64,000 nt of DNA from Azolla caroliniana. Taxonomy: Eukaryota; Plantae; Polypodiophyta. This document shows, piece by piece, positions 1-14,759 of the stretch (positions are counted from its first letter, which is position 1; every line of letters begins with the position of its first letter). Where the stretch lies: NCBI GenBank assembly GCA_043228905.1, contig JBHGNT010000018.1, positions 682,001 to 746,000 of the forward strand, read 5' to 3'. Made by a program: the position numbers and the translations under genes. A model generated the notes under the pieces. It was given only the letters and a program-made list of their open reading frames with translations. It did not search any database and was not told where the DNA came from.

Positions 1-312
1 CTCTCACGGCTGCTCTCTCTTCACTCCTCTTGAGTGGAAAAACAGAAAAATGAGTAGCAACATAAAAACTGTTTGCCCTAAGTCATATTTATACACATAT
101 GACTTTAGGGCTATTTACAACTATAGCCTCAAGGGCCCTTGGCAAACATATTCACAGATATGTCCCCGCATCCGGATCTCTCTCCGGGTACATTCGTCAT
201 CCGGCTCCGAAGCCGGGGTCTTCATCATCCGGTTCCGAAACCGCAACCGGGCTTGTCGTCATTCATCTCCGGACATCCGACCATCCCATCCGGAGGGACC
301 GTAATCCCAACA
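1..312 (-). mobile_element. LTR of an innermost nested retrotransposon (element C), cut by the window edge
   Basis: On the minus strand the RNase H frame of element A (…GYMFSL) switches at 312 into TGTTGGGATTACGG…, an LTR-type TG start. A TATA box (TATAAATA, ~86-93) and a CT/GA-rich tract follow. Confidence 0.7.
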
Positions 313-3300
313 GGGAAAACATATAGCCAGAGGTGGATCGGCGATCCGATGCATCGTCAGCCCAGTCGGCATCGGTGTAGCCGACTAGCTCTTCGGTTAT
401 ACCATGTCGGTATAACAGTCCCCGTTCCTTGGTGCCGCTCACATATCGCATAATTTGATGCACGCACAAAAGGTGCTCCACGGTCGGCTTCTGCATATAT
501 TGGCTGATCACGCCGACCGGATAACTGATGTCGGGTCAGGTGATTGTCAAATATATAAGGCTTCCGACGATTTGTCGGAACCGCTTCTCATCGCAGGCCG
601 GTCCGGAGTTGGGACGGAGCTTCTGGTTCCAGTCTAGGCGTGTGGAGATCGGTCGGCATTCTGTCATGCTGAACTTGTACAACATATTCAACACATAGTG
701 TCTTTGTGAGAGCAATATGCCATCGGGGGTTCGGATCACTTCGATCCCAAGGAAATAGTGAAGGTCCCCCAGGTCCTTCATCTCAAATGTGTCCGACAAC
801 TGGGACTTGACTCGGTTGATTCCATCGAGTCCGGGTCCGTTGATGACTAGATCATCAACATACAATAAGATGCAAACCGGACCATTCGGACCTTGCCGGA
901 TAAACAATGAAGAGTCAGACTTGGAGGCCGCAAACCCCATCTTATGCAACCGATGCGTGATCTTCGCATTCCAAGCTCGGGGGGCTTACTTCAAGCCATA
1001 AAGTGACTTCTTCAGCCGGCATACCGCCGACTCGTTCATCCCCGACTGGAAACCAGGGGGTTGGGTCATAAAGACCTCTTGTTCAAGATTGCCTTGAAGA
1101 AATGCATTCTTCACGTCCATCTGGTGAAGATGCCACCCCCTTGCCGCAACAACCGCTAGCACCACACGAACCGTAGTCATCTTCGCAACCGGAGCAAATG
1201 TCTCGTCGTAGTCGATTCTGTGGGTCTGTGTGTATCCCTTTGCCACTAACCGGGCCTTGTATCAGTTAACCGAACCATCGGCATTGTACTTTACCTTGTA
1301 CACCCACTTACATCTGATCGGTTACAGTGTCGGGGAGGGTCAACTAGGTCCCATGTGTCGTTGGCATCAAGTGCCCGCATTTCTTCCTCCGTAGCGGCAC
1401 GCCAATTTGCGTCCCTTGCCGCTTCTACGTAGCTCTCCAGCTCACGCACTTCCGCCACCTTGGTCATGTACGCATAATGATGCGCCATGTACTCATGTAC
1501 CCGTACCGTGTAACGGGTTTCTTCTAGCAGGAAGACCGGCGTAACTTGGTATTACCCGGTTTGAGGTCCTTCTTGGCCAGGTCAGACTTCATCCTTCATC
1601 CTTTCCGGAGTCGGATTCGCTTCAATCCGACTCAACGTTTCCGGTTTCGTATTCCGACATCTTCTTCTTCCCCTTCTCTTTGCGCGTGAACAGTCTCGTC
1701 GGTTCCTTGCCTGGGGAGAGCACGGCAAAGTCTCCATTACTCACCGGTTCCTCATCTGACTGGTCATCCCGACTCAGTCGCTCATTCGGTCCACTTACCC
1801 GAAATGAGATCGGACTCTCTTCTAGAGTGTTGAGGTCTTCATCTTCTATTTCGATCGGTTCAAGCTCACTAGCCTCATCCTCCGGTATCGGGTCAGGGTC
1901 GGAAGTCGGAGCCGGTAAAGCATACCATGATGTCATCTCATCAAACTCAACATCCCAACTAACTTGGACTTGCTTCATCCGGGGGTTATAACACTTATAC
2001 CCCTTTTGCTCATGCGAGTAACCGACCAGGATGCATTTCTCCAACTTTGTATCCAACTCCCTCCGCTTCTCATCCGGCACATGCACATATGCAATGCTAC
2101 TGAATATCCGAAGGTGTCTCAAATTCGGCTTGCGTCCGAAATACAGCTCATGCGCAGACACCTTGTCACCAATCCGGTTTTGGATATAGACGATCATCCA
2201 GACCGCCTCGGCCCAATAGAAATGGGGCATGCTCTTCTCCTCCAACATTGCCCTTGCCGCGTCGACAATCGACCAGTTCTTTCGTTCGGGCACACCATTT
2301 TGCTCCGGTGTGTATCTGTAGTTGAACTCTCTCCGAATTCCTTTTTGCTGCAGATAATTGTTGCATTGGCCGGAAAAATATTATTTTCCGCCATCCGACC
2401 GCAGGCACCTTATCTTCCTCTCCATTTCCCGTTCAACCAGGCTTTGCAGGTTCCGGAAACACTCGAAGACTTCGCTCTTCCGCTCAATGAGGTAGATCCA
2501 TGTGTGCCGGTTGTAGTCGTCGATGAAGGAGACGAAATACCGACTCCCACCAAGACTAACATTCTGTGTTGGTCCCCATACATCCAAATGAATAAGGTCG
2601 AACTTGTTACGGCTATGGTTTCGTTCGGTGGGGAATGGAAGTTGGTGTTGCTTCCCGAGTTGGCAAGCTTCACATATTTGGGCCTTTCGACCACTGAACT
2701 TCGGCAAACCGAAAACAACTTGTTTCGTTTGCAAGTCTTGAAGCCTCCGGTAATTGACGTGGTTGATCCGCTTGTGCCACAGGTCGATGTGTGATTCGAC
2801 CTTCTGTCCTTTGGCAAACAAAGCGGTGCCGACGTCATTGGTGTCGAGGATGAACATCCTCCCTTCTCTACGCCCTTGTGCAATAATCTGGCCCTTTTCC
2901 TCGATGAAGCACCCAAGGTGCGTAAACTGCACTTGCATCCCCTGGTCAACGATCTAACCGACTGACACCAGGTTCTTCGTGATAGTCGGAACGTGTAATA
3001 CGTTCATGAACTTACCCTTCAGTCCGACGTGGCTCAAAGGAACTTCTCCGATATGCACAATTGGGTGAGGAGTGTCGTCTCCGGTTTCGATGACTCCCGG
3101 TTGTTCCGGTTTCTCCAAGGAAGAGAACCACTCTTTGTGGCTCATCATGTGATTCGACACACCGGAATCAACGTACCACACTTCCTCTGATTTGGAAGTG
3201 GTCTTCTTCATCGAGTTAGCCTCGTGTTTCATCACCAAGGCTGGCCCTTTACCGGCTTTTCCGGTTTTGGATCCTCCTGATCCTTCTGCGTAGTGCGAGT

Positions 3301-4195
3301 ATTGTCGGTTCTCTCTGCCAGCTTTGTCGGATCCAGATTTGTCCGTATCGGCGCGCTTCTTCTAGCACTCGCTTTCTTTGTGGCCCTTTTTACCACAGTA
3401 CCAACATTTTGTGTCGGCCTTTGCTTGCCGGCCTCAGGCGTCGCCTAGACTCCCCTTGCTTGTGGAGGGTCCGAAACTGTTGTCTGCACGTTCTCTGTGC
3501 CTTCGGTCCTGCTCTTGCCGGCTACTACCATTGCGAGCTGACCCGCCTCGTCCACCACGCCCACGGGGCAGATCTGCCTCCGTGTACAGCATCCGACTGT
3601 CGGTGGGTGCACTTGTTGACACACCGGCGTGGTTCTCCTCCACAAGGAGCATCGATTGTAAGTCGAAAAATGACGGCTTATTGTCCCTTGTACACACAGC
3701 AGTTCGGAACGCTCCGAACTTTGACGCCAAACCTCCGAGACAGATTTGCACCATATCGGCTTCTTCGATATTCACATTGATGGAGGCCAGAGAGTCGCAA
3801 ATGTCCTTGATTTTGGAGGTGTAGTCTGCCACCGACAAGTCGCGTTGTCGTAGGTTGCTCAGCTCCTGTCGGAGTTGAAGCTTCCTGGTTGTAGTGCTTG
3901 CGGCGAAAATCTTCTTCAGATTTCCCCAAGCATCTTTCGGCATTTTTGCATCCCGAATGTAGTTTAGGAGCTGTTCGCCCACACAAGACGCGAAGCAGTA
4001 CAGTACTCTGCTCGCCGACCGTTCCCACACTGGGAAATCTCTGTGTGTCGATTCGGGTGCTGTGTCATTTGCTCCGTCGACATAGCTCCAGTAACCGTGC
4101 CCGATCAGGTACTGGTGCATCTTGTAGGACCACGATGCATAGTTGTTTTTGTCGAGCTTCTCCGTCAGAAGCGAGCTAGCCATGCCTTTATCCAT
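313..4195 (-). pseudogene. copia gag-pol polyprotein, broken by stops and frameshifts
   Basis: ORF pieces 3434-4195, 2954-3238, 2381-2938, 1622-2293, 1291-1488, 986-1246, 536-949 and 263-511. Several stops look like C>T/G>A changes (e.g. CGA>TGA in VN*YKARL). Confidence 0.92.
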
Positions 4196-4268
4196 CGGTT
4201 TTTACCTGTTCTTCTTGGTTGGTTTTCTTTTCAAGCTATGTCGGCTGCAGAGGTTCTCAACCCTCACA

Positions 4269-4279
4269 CTCTGATACCA
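4269..4279 (-). promoter_or_regulatory. Primer-binding site complementary to initiator tRNA-Met
   Basis: Minus strand TGGTATCAGAG immediately after the LTR end …TTTTACA. Confidence 0.93.
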
Positions 4280-4696
4280 TGTAAAAAGAATAGCGTGCGG
4301 AAGCAATAGAAAACCGAACACAGAAACTCAAGTTTAATGGAGAGCTTAGAATATCACAGTACGCGGGAGAGACAAAGAGAGAGAGAGAGACAAAGAGAAC
4401 ATAGAAATTCAATTCAAAATAATACTCAATCTGTACATAGGATGTGCTCAGTGAGCACTTTTATACAAGTCCATACAGACTGACAGAAGTACGGTGTACT
4501 TCAATGCTCACACAAGCGTCTGACACTAACTATGAGACATTAACTACCTAGTAGTCTAGGCTGCTACTAGGCTTCCGGTTACTGATGGATCCGGCTAACC
4601 GGCTTCCCAGCTCACCGGCTCACTTGCTCATCGGCTCACCGATCTGGCTCAGGTTTATTCAGCCAATCCGGATCTAGTTGAGCTTGCCGCTCATCA
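4280..4696 (-). repeat. 5' LTR of element A (~417 bp)
   Basis: Starts TGATGAGCGGCAAGCTCAAC (minus), ends …TTACA next to the PBS, with TATA-like TGTATAAAAG near 4460. The start resembles element B's LTR start TGTTGAGAATCAAGCTCAAC. Confidence 0.8.
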
Positions 4697-6255
4697 ATGG
4701 ATCTACAAGGTGAAATATAACGTTGACGGCTCCGTAAACCGCTACAAAGCTCGACTCGTAGCAAAAGGATACGCACAGCTGGCATGGAGTTTATTACAAA
4801 TAAACATTTGCCCCAGTGGCAAATATGACGACTGTGCGGACCGTGATTGCCCTCGCATCGGTGAAAGGGTGGCACCTCCACCAAATGGACGTCAAGAACA
4901 CCTTTTTTCAAGGCGAATTAGAAGAGGAGGTGTACATCGTACAACCACCCGGCTTCGAATCCAACATTCATCCGAAAGCCGTATGCCAACTCAAGAAGCC
5001 TCTCTATGGCCTTAAGCAAGCAATGCGTGCTTGCCATTCGAAGATTACGTAATATCTTCATCAAATCGGCTTTCGAATGTCGAAATCCGACAACTCCCTG
5101 TACGTACGAAACGACTCTAGAAGCTCGATTGTCAACATCCTATACGTGCATGATTTGGTCATTGGAGGTGAAAGTTTAGTCGACATCAACAAGGTGAAAT
5201 CCCTCCTCCCCAACAAATTTGAGATGACAGATATAAAGGAACTTCATTACTTCATAGGCCTCGAAGTAATTCGGATTTCGACCGACATTATGATCTCCCA
5301 ACGACACTACACTCTCAACGACACTACATTCTCAACTTATTATACAAGTTCGGGATGACAGAGTGCAAATCTGTGGTAACCCCTCTCGATTGAAACCTCA
5401 AACTAGATGACAACTCCGGCACAGACGAGTGCGAGCCGACTCAATGTTGACAACTAATCGGGAGCCTCATCTATCTCACGATCACTCGACCCGACCTCAA
5501 CTATCCAATCAGTCTCCTTAGCCAATTCACGCAAACTCCGCAAGATATCCATTTCGATTGCGCTAAGCGAGTATTACGATACGTGAGCGGCACAATGGAT
5601 TACGGCATTCTCTATAAGTCAGCCACACCAATTCAACTCGAAGGGTACACAGGTGCCGACTGGGCCGACTACAAAGTTAATCGTCGATCGACCTCCGGAT
5701 TTGTCTTCTTGCTCGGTAGTGGAGCAATATCTTGGAGTAGTAAGAAGCAGCTTATTGTCGCACTTTCGAGTACGGAGGCCGAATACAGGGGCGCAACCAT
5801 AGCTGTATGTGAAGTCGTATGGCTCAAGAGGATTTTGAAGGATATGGGCATTCCCATCAAGGATCAAACTCCCATTTACTGCGACAACATGAGCAATATA
5901 TATTTGGCTCGGAACCTGGTGTTCCACGCACACACAAAGTATATCGAAGTGCGCTACCACTTCATTCGAGAGCGTGTTCAGGCCGAAGATGTCGATCTTC
6001 TACACATCAACACGAATCTTCAGACAACCGACATCTTCACCAAGGCCCTAGGAGCCAACAAGCTTCTGCAATTCATGTTAGACCTTGGATTGACGATCCC
6101 TAACTTGCCAAGCTTGAGGGGGAGTACAAGCAAGAATCGGATACCGTCCAAACCGGGTACGAGCTGAAGCGAACACCGGAGATCGTCTGAACCGGATACC
6201 AGCCGAAGCGGAAATCAATCGAAAGGAACTGACCCAAGTTGAGCTTGAGGGGGCG
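4697..6255 (+). mobile_element. 3' half of an older Ty1/copia element (B): degenerate RT-RNase H and PPT
   Basis: [37 protein letters not shown] (degenerate YVDD), RRSTSG, SSTEAEY, FTKAL…SLRGS. Purine tract GAGCTTGAGGGGGCG at 6241-6255. Confidence 0.92.
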
Positions 6256-6752
6256 TGTTGAGAATCAAGCTCAACATAATGCAACATGTGAACACGCCTT
6301 TTGAGAATCTATTATTACTCAAAGGTCAAGAGTCACATCACTACTCTCTACACATTAACTATGTGTCATAGAATCATATTATATGACACATAACAAATGA
6401 GTTACATATTCCCGTGACTATGAGTCTTCACATTCCCGAAGAGAGAGTAGTTGTTGTAGTGAGTTAATGAAGAGAGAGGGTGACCTTATATAAAGCACCC
6501 TTCTCCTACTTCATACGAAGTCGGTTGTGACTCCTTATAATGTTACATTTTGTATTTGCTATTCTAGCTGTGAATATACACCTTCTTATTGAGTATTCCT
6601 TTCTCTATCTATCTTGTATTCTCTCTTCTCTCCTCTAATTCCTCTCACACATACACATAACACACATCTCTTCCGCTACACAAGAATTAGACCCGATTCG
6701 TTAGAGGGGAACTAACTACTCTTTACTTTTGATGGTTTATTTAGATTGTACA
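6256..6752 (+). repeat. 3' LTR of element B (right end uncertain)
   Basis: TGTTG start directly after the PPT, TATATAAA at ~6487-6494, CT-rich region; candidate CA end at …ATTGTACA (6752). Confidence 0.65.
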
Positions 6753-9580
6753 TAGTTGAGAATCTCCTTTTGGTATGGCATTCCTTTCACAACGAAGGAT
6801 ATAACCATTTTGTTGCTTTTGTGACTTGTGAATGAAAATCCAACCCAACTTAGCACACTTGATTCTCCAAAAATTGCATGCAAATGGCTCAACATAGAGC
6901 AATAACCCTATAAATATTGGTGATTTCTTGCTATTGTGGTCATGGGAAGCAATTCATTAGCCACGTTTTGAAGGGGCCAACTCTAAAACACCCCCGAGTT
7001 TCTTCCACACCTCGACTTGGTTCTATAATCTATTGTTCCTAAGCACCATTGCCCGATCCTTGAATTTGAGAAAAGGTGATAGATTAACCATATGGTCACT
7101 CAAATGGTATATTTAATCGGTCTCTCGAGGGTTGAGCAAAGGCATTGGGCAAAAGAAAGGAAAGTGCATTTGGGAAGATGAAAAAAAACTTGAGAATTAT
7201 TTCAAAGTTTTCACCCTTTTTAAATTATAATGGAATTTGTTGATGAGAATCAATTATTGCATTTTAAGGCTTTTAGTAATGATCCTTGTTTGTCGTTTTA
7301 TGCATTGATGTTTTTTTTTTCAACTCTTCTATTGATAAAGTCATATGTATAGCTATACTTTTAAATTACAAATTGCCATTTTCCAAAGGAATCATAGATT
7401 GCCTTGCTTTTGATAATACATGGATATACATTTTCTTCTTAATGTATGTATTTTCTTGAACGCTTGTAAAACCAATTTAATGTTGTGGCTGCATTTCATG
7501 TTTGTTCGAGGAAACATTGTGTGACTCCTCCTTGTGAGATCACTTTTATTTATTCACAATGTAGTCTACTTAGATTATCATGTGACATGTTTAGGTTGTC
7601 ACTTGTTCTAAATTTGCAATAGTATTTGAAACCTAAACACCCATTTTATTTAATCGTTTTCATTTTCCCATTGATAACTTGGAGCCTTAACTTAAATCTC
7701 AAGTTTCATGAATGTGTGCCTAGATATACGTACTAATTGTCCACAACAATTGGTATAATGTGGGAAGTAATACTACGGGTATTATTGACATTAAACCCAT
7801 CTACATGGAGTATGTCATCAACTCAAACCACTTCTTCAATGATGTTTGGCTTTTGTGTGCATGTCTATAAGTTGATTGAGTTATACCTCCTGTTGATATT
7901 GTTGCAACTTGCACCAAGGATCCAAATTGGTGCAATACCCTATCGGTAGCGAACCGTGCCAAAGTGGTGCTCAGTTACACTCGCGCTTCTAGCTTAATTC
8001 GATTAGTGTGCACACTCGCACTCTCTTGCTTTATTCCCTCTCGTAATAGAAATAGATGAATAGATAAACGAGACAATAGATTAATAATATTACACAACTT
8101 CTTATTGACGATGAGGTGTAACACACATAGAAGAGTAGATGCATTAGGGTTTGGCATTTTTAACTCTTAACCCTAATCACTCCCAACTCAAATGGGGGAT
8201 TAAGCGGATCCTTTGAAGTCTAAATTACTCACACATCCGCCATTTACCTTTATTAATACTGCTTCAACTTTGGTGGAAGTAGCATCAAAATTGTTGCTAG
8301 AGCGAGAAATAGTTGTAAGTTCCTCTATGATTGATTGTTTATTAATTTGATTTCATGACTTTGCATTGCGTTTGCAGGACCAACAAAATTATTTCTACAA
8401 CGGACTTTCGTCTATACCAAGGCAATTGAAATGTTAGATTAGAAGTAAATGTTGCCATTTTTCTAGTTTTATCCTTGTACTACTCATGTCAACTTTTTCA
8501 TTTATGTTTGATCAACCTTTATTAGATTGAAATTCTGGTTTTACTATTTTTTATGCTTACCATTTGAGCTAAAATATAATCTCATAAATAGTTTGGATGT
8601 TTTGTTTGGACCAATCAAAGGAAAAAACCCATGACTAGAGAAAGAGCTATAAAATTACCAAATTGTGGCTTTTATAGCCATTTACATATGTGCTAGGTTC
8701 TTTTCATGATAAGATGCCCATTGGCTACAAGGCTACAATCTCCCCTTTCTTACTATCTTGTCGAGCTTCATATCTCTCATTGGTGCCATTGTCTCCACAA
8801 CTTGTGTCTCGGGTAGTATATACTTAACCTTATAATAAAAAACTCACTAAGTAATACATTATATAGATGCGACTCTTCAAAAAAGAAATATGTACGATCT
8901 TCAAGATGTGTTTATCAATTTGTTAAACATAAATGAGTGCGAGTAATGGAAATATTCAAGTTAAAATGGCATAATTGGCACGAATCCCTTCTTCAAAGAA
9001 TGGAACCTTATGATATAAAACTCACTCAATAATACATGGCGTAGATTCGATTCTTCCAAAAATAAATGTGTTTATAAAATAGTTATCATAAACAATTGTG
9101 AGTATTGGAAATATTTGAGTTAAAATGGCATGATAGTTTTTCAATAAACAAAATTTATATATGGTTGATAGGGCAACTAGGCATATTCCAACCATTTTTT
9201 GTGCATAACGTGGAAAAATATGTATGTGGGATTGCAAACGCTCCATTTTTCTAAGTTTATTTTACAAAGTATGAAGCCAATGCCTCCATGTCATGAATTG
9301 TGTGCAATATGTGAACTCGAGGTTATGCATCAAAACAAGTCTCATTTTCATCATAGAGTTTTGCATCTCATGTTTTGCCTATGCAATCATGCAAAAGCTC
9401 GAGGTAGGTAGCATAGATGCCACACATCATGACTAGTGTGGCCTAACTATGTTGCACTTTTCATGTTGGGTATGTGGTGCATATCCATTTCTAAAGCATT
9501 TAAATGTTGATGACATGTTCACGCTTGTGCAATATTAAATATAGGTGCATGATGTAATCCTTACTTAACAAACATCCTAC

Positions 9581-9865
9581 CAAAGGTGAGAATTCGAGCT
9601 TTATTTGCGTAACACACATTCTTATTGGTGACATTGACATTTCGATGTTTCTTACCTTCCCTTTAAAACCTTATCCCATATTGTACTGGTTTTGCCCTCT
9701 CTATGACCTAATTCCATCTAGAATCTCATTTCGTGTTTGTTAAAATCCTTGGTGATGTAGTTTGACATGTTTGAAGAGAGAATATAATGATTTGGGGGTG
9801 AATAGGAAACACAAGTTTACATGGCTTGATTTGTTATGGGTCATTAGATAACTCATTGGTTATCC
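9581..9865 (+). repeat. ~285 bp direct repeat, copy 1 (copy 2 at 15916-16216)
   Basis: CAAAGGTGAGAATTC…CATTGGTTATCC matches 15916-16216 apart from a few substitutions and two small indels. Confidence 0.95.
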
Positions 9866-10711
9866 ATTGACGAATTAGCATATATAGGATGGATTTCATA
9901 TAGAACGCACTGCCATTGATTTCAAGCACTTTCAGGATTGAATCGAATTGAGAGTATATAGTAATCATATGTAAGAAAAAATCATTTAAATTTAGTGAAA
10001 CCATGGTTGATGTTTCAATACAAAGAATATATGAGAGAATATCATACGATTTTCCATTAAGTTTGATTGCCTTCGCTAAGGCAACATATTTAAATCAATC
10101 ATTGTTTTTTAATTGAATGAGTGCACACTTTTCTTCTTCAGTGCTAGTTTATTGTGTCTAAACATTTGCATTGTAATGGGTTGGCATCATCAAAAGTCAT
10201 GTTCTTTGAGCTTGAAGATATTTCTATAGGAGACATATATAAGATGTGACAACATCATTATTACAATAAAATGAAACTGCAATCGAGCAAGTGGGCCATT
10301 GACCCACTATTTCATGCATATCAATGAAGGAAAAAGGCTAAATTTGACTACTCAACCAACGTTTTAGTAGTTGTTCACTTGTACACATCCATGAGAGGGA
10401 TCACCTAACCTGCATATGCTCCATGCACAACCATTTAACCTTACCTACTTTCCAGTGAACAATTCTTCTTGTACCGAGCATTCCTTTGACGTGGTCGTGT
10501 CCATGATCACCTCTTGTTTGCTCCATGATCATTTTCTAAAGTTGTTATGTATAAGTACTTTATAAAGTGTAATTTTTTGGACATAGGGGTAGTTTGGTAA
10601 ATTTGGAACTTCCAGGGGCATTCTGGTAAATAGACGAACTTCCAGGGGTATCATGGTACTTTTCTCTAGTAAAAATTGGGTTAGTTTCTTCAGCTGTACA
10701 TAGACATGCAT

Positions 10712-10746
10712 GGAACGTTCTAGACAAAAGGGGCGCTAATTTATAA

Positions 10747-10801
<55 letters not shown>

Positions 10802-10885
10802 GCCCTTCTTTGTTTTTTTAGGTGTGAACGCGTTTTTAACGCCGACATCTAAGATGCGTTTCCCGCAAAGCCACGCAAAAAAGCA

Positions 10886-10944
<59 letters not shown>

Positions 10945-11078
10945 AAGCGACATAAAAGGAAAGAAAGCCAAAAAAATAAAAATAAAAGGAAGAAGAAGAA
11001 AAACCAGAAAAGAAAACTTCCTCACGAAGCTTCGTCGTTTTCTTCTTCTTCTTCTTCTTCTTCTTCTACCTATAAATA
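10712..11078 (+). promoter_or_regulatory. Polyubiquitin promoter: heat-shock-element-like motifs, (AAAT)n tracts and TATA box
   Basis: GAAcgTTCtaGAc at 10713, GAAgcTTC at 11026, TATAAATA at 11071; (AAAT)n at ~10748-10800 and ~10885-10945. Confidence 0.65.
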
Positions 11079-11202
11079 GCAGCCCAGAACAGAAGGGTTT
11101 CCTCACATTGTAACTTCTGCAAAAAATTTGCTTCTCTCTGCATCTTCCCCCCCCCAACCCACCCCTTTATTTTGCCCTAATTCCCCTCTTTCTATTCTGT
11201 AA

Positions 11203-13071
<1,869 letters not shown>

Positions 13072-13301
13072 ATACGAAAGTTATGAATTGCTATTAGGTG
13101 GTATCCCGGTTTCGAATAATATGGATACTAATAATATGGATATTATCAGCCAGTGAAGAGATTATGTCTCTTCATTATTAGCTTTTTTACGTACCGTGTG
13201 TTTTTCATAAATAAACCTGTGAAATGGTCACTGTGTCTTTTATCGTGGGTATAATGCTTATTGTAATATGTCTGTATGAATGACACTCTAATATAATGTA
13301 A

Positions 13302-13812
13302 TATGTTTTTAATAATGAATTTCTTATAATGTTTTATAAGTTTATATTCTGTCAATTTTGGATTATATGTTTTTAATAATGAATTTCTTATAATGTTTTA
13401 TAAGTTTCTATTCTTTCATTTTTGGATTACGGAATTTTTGTTGTCTGTAACTTGTTAATATTGCAAGATGAATGCTATGTTCAAACCGGTTTTAATTTTT
13501 TCTGCTATCAGCTAAAGAGTTTGTGGATTGTAGTTTTATCACATAAGTTCTATTAGTGGTATTCATCCATTATGTACGCTTATAATTCCAGATTTGTCGA
13601 ACTCCAGTATGTTTGTTAATACTGTGGTGGTTCCATGTTTAATTTGCCCTAACTTCTCTATTAGTGATAATTATCTGTTATGTACGCTTATAATTCCAGA
13701 TTTATTGGACTGCAATATGTTTATTCATTGTGTGGTGGTTTCATGTTTAATTTACCCTATCTGCTCTATTAGTGATAATTCACGTGCTCTAGAATTCCAA
13801 ATTTATTGGACT
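13302..13812. repeat. Tandem duplications downstream of UBQ (~64 bp x2 and ~110 bp x2.5)
   Basis: TATGTTTTTAATAATGAATTTC…GGATTA occurs twice; CTATTAGTG…TATGTACGCTTATAATTCCAGATTT…GTGGTGGTT is repeated. Confidence 0.85.
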
Positions 13813-14507
13813 TAAATAAATATATGTTTGATAATTGGGTGGTTGTTTCAGTTTTAATTTATTGTCCACGGTTCCATTTTCTGACAAAATGGATGTAGGT
13901 TCTATATTTGTTTCTGTATGTGGATTAATTAATTGCTGATTATGCATTGCTTCTGAATCATATAGGAATGGTTGTGCATTACTTCCAGATTCGTAAATTA
14001 CAGTAATTCTCATCCTTTGACATCATTGGAAAAGACAGATTATTAATGTTTATGGTATTTTAAAGGGATTGCTTGCTAATCATTTGGTTCATATGCAAAT
14101 TCTGAGAGTATTGTTTGAGATTACAAAAGCTATGGTAATAACAATGGTATTATCACGTTTCCTTGCCATTACTTCATTCTTGTAACATTTGCCTATGTCT
14201 GAAAATATTCAAGTGAACTCAGGAAGTCAAGATTTACCAAATCGTCTCACCAGCAAGACTTCATTGCTTCTTTCATGATTTGTCTTATCCTATCTCTTTT
14301 CATTACTCCTTTCTTGACTTGACTTGTTCTAAGGTATTCGTTGCTCCTTTCATGATTTGATATTGTCATAAGGTCTTCATTGATTCTTTCTTCTTTTGTC
14401 ACTTCCTAAGGATCGCTTCTTTCTTGTCATGTTTTTATCTTGGAGCAAAAATATGGTATTTGTAACTTGTAAGGAATCAGGATGACTTCGTTGCTTCTTT
14501 CATGTCA

Positions 14508-14667
14508 GTCTTTGCCTTTCCTTTACTTGAAAGTAGAAACTATTTGTGCATAATCAAGTCTTTACCTGTCTTTGCCTTTCCTTTACTTGAAAGTAGAAAC
14601 TATTTGTGCATAATCAAGTCTTTACCTTTCCTTTACTTGAAAGTAGAAACTATTTGTGCATAATCAA
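14508..14667. repeat. Tandem repeat, ~50-60 bp x3
   Basis: CCTTTCCTTTACTTGAAAGTAGAAACTATTTGTGCATAATCAA three times. Confidence 0.9.
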
Positions 14668-14759
14668 CTCAACGTGGGATGTGTTGTCTTGGCCATACCG
14701 ATATAGACACAATTAAAGAAACTACAACCATATTAATTTAACGAAATACGAGTAGGAGA

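Larger units (their letters stand above)
313..4696 (-). mobile_element. Ty1/copia LTR retrotransposon (element A): 5' LTR, PBS and degenerate gag-pol
   Basis: Domain order is gag (3434-4195), zinc knuckle, protease (WYVDSGVSNHM), integrase (LWHKRINH…CEAC, FIDD), RT ([16 protein letters not shown]), RNase H (GYTDADWA…RRSTSGY). This is the copia order. Confidence 0.95.

Noticed and set aside
1964-2794. 276 aa plus-strand ORF
   Set aside because: Antisense shadow of the copia integrase with no recognisable motifs.
7945-8245. LTR-like composition
   Set aside because: I could not define TG…CA ends, a TSD, PBS or PPT.
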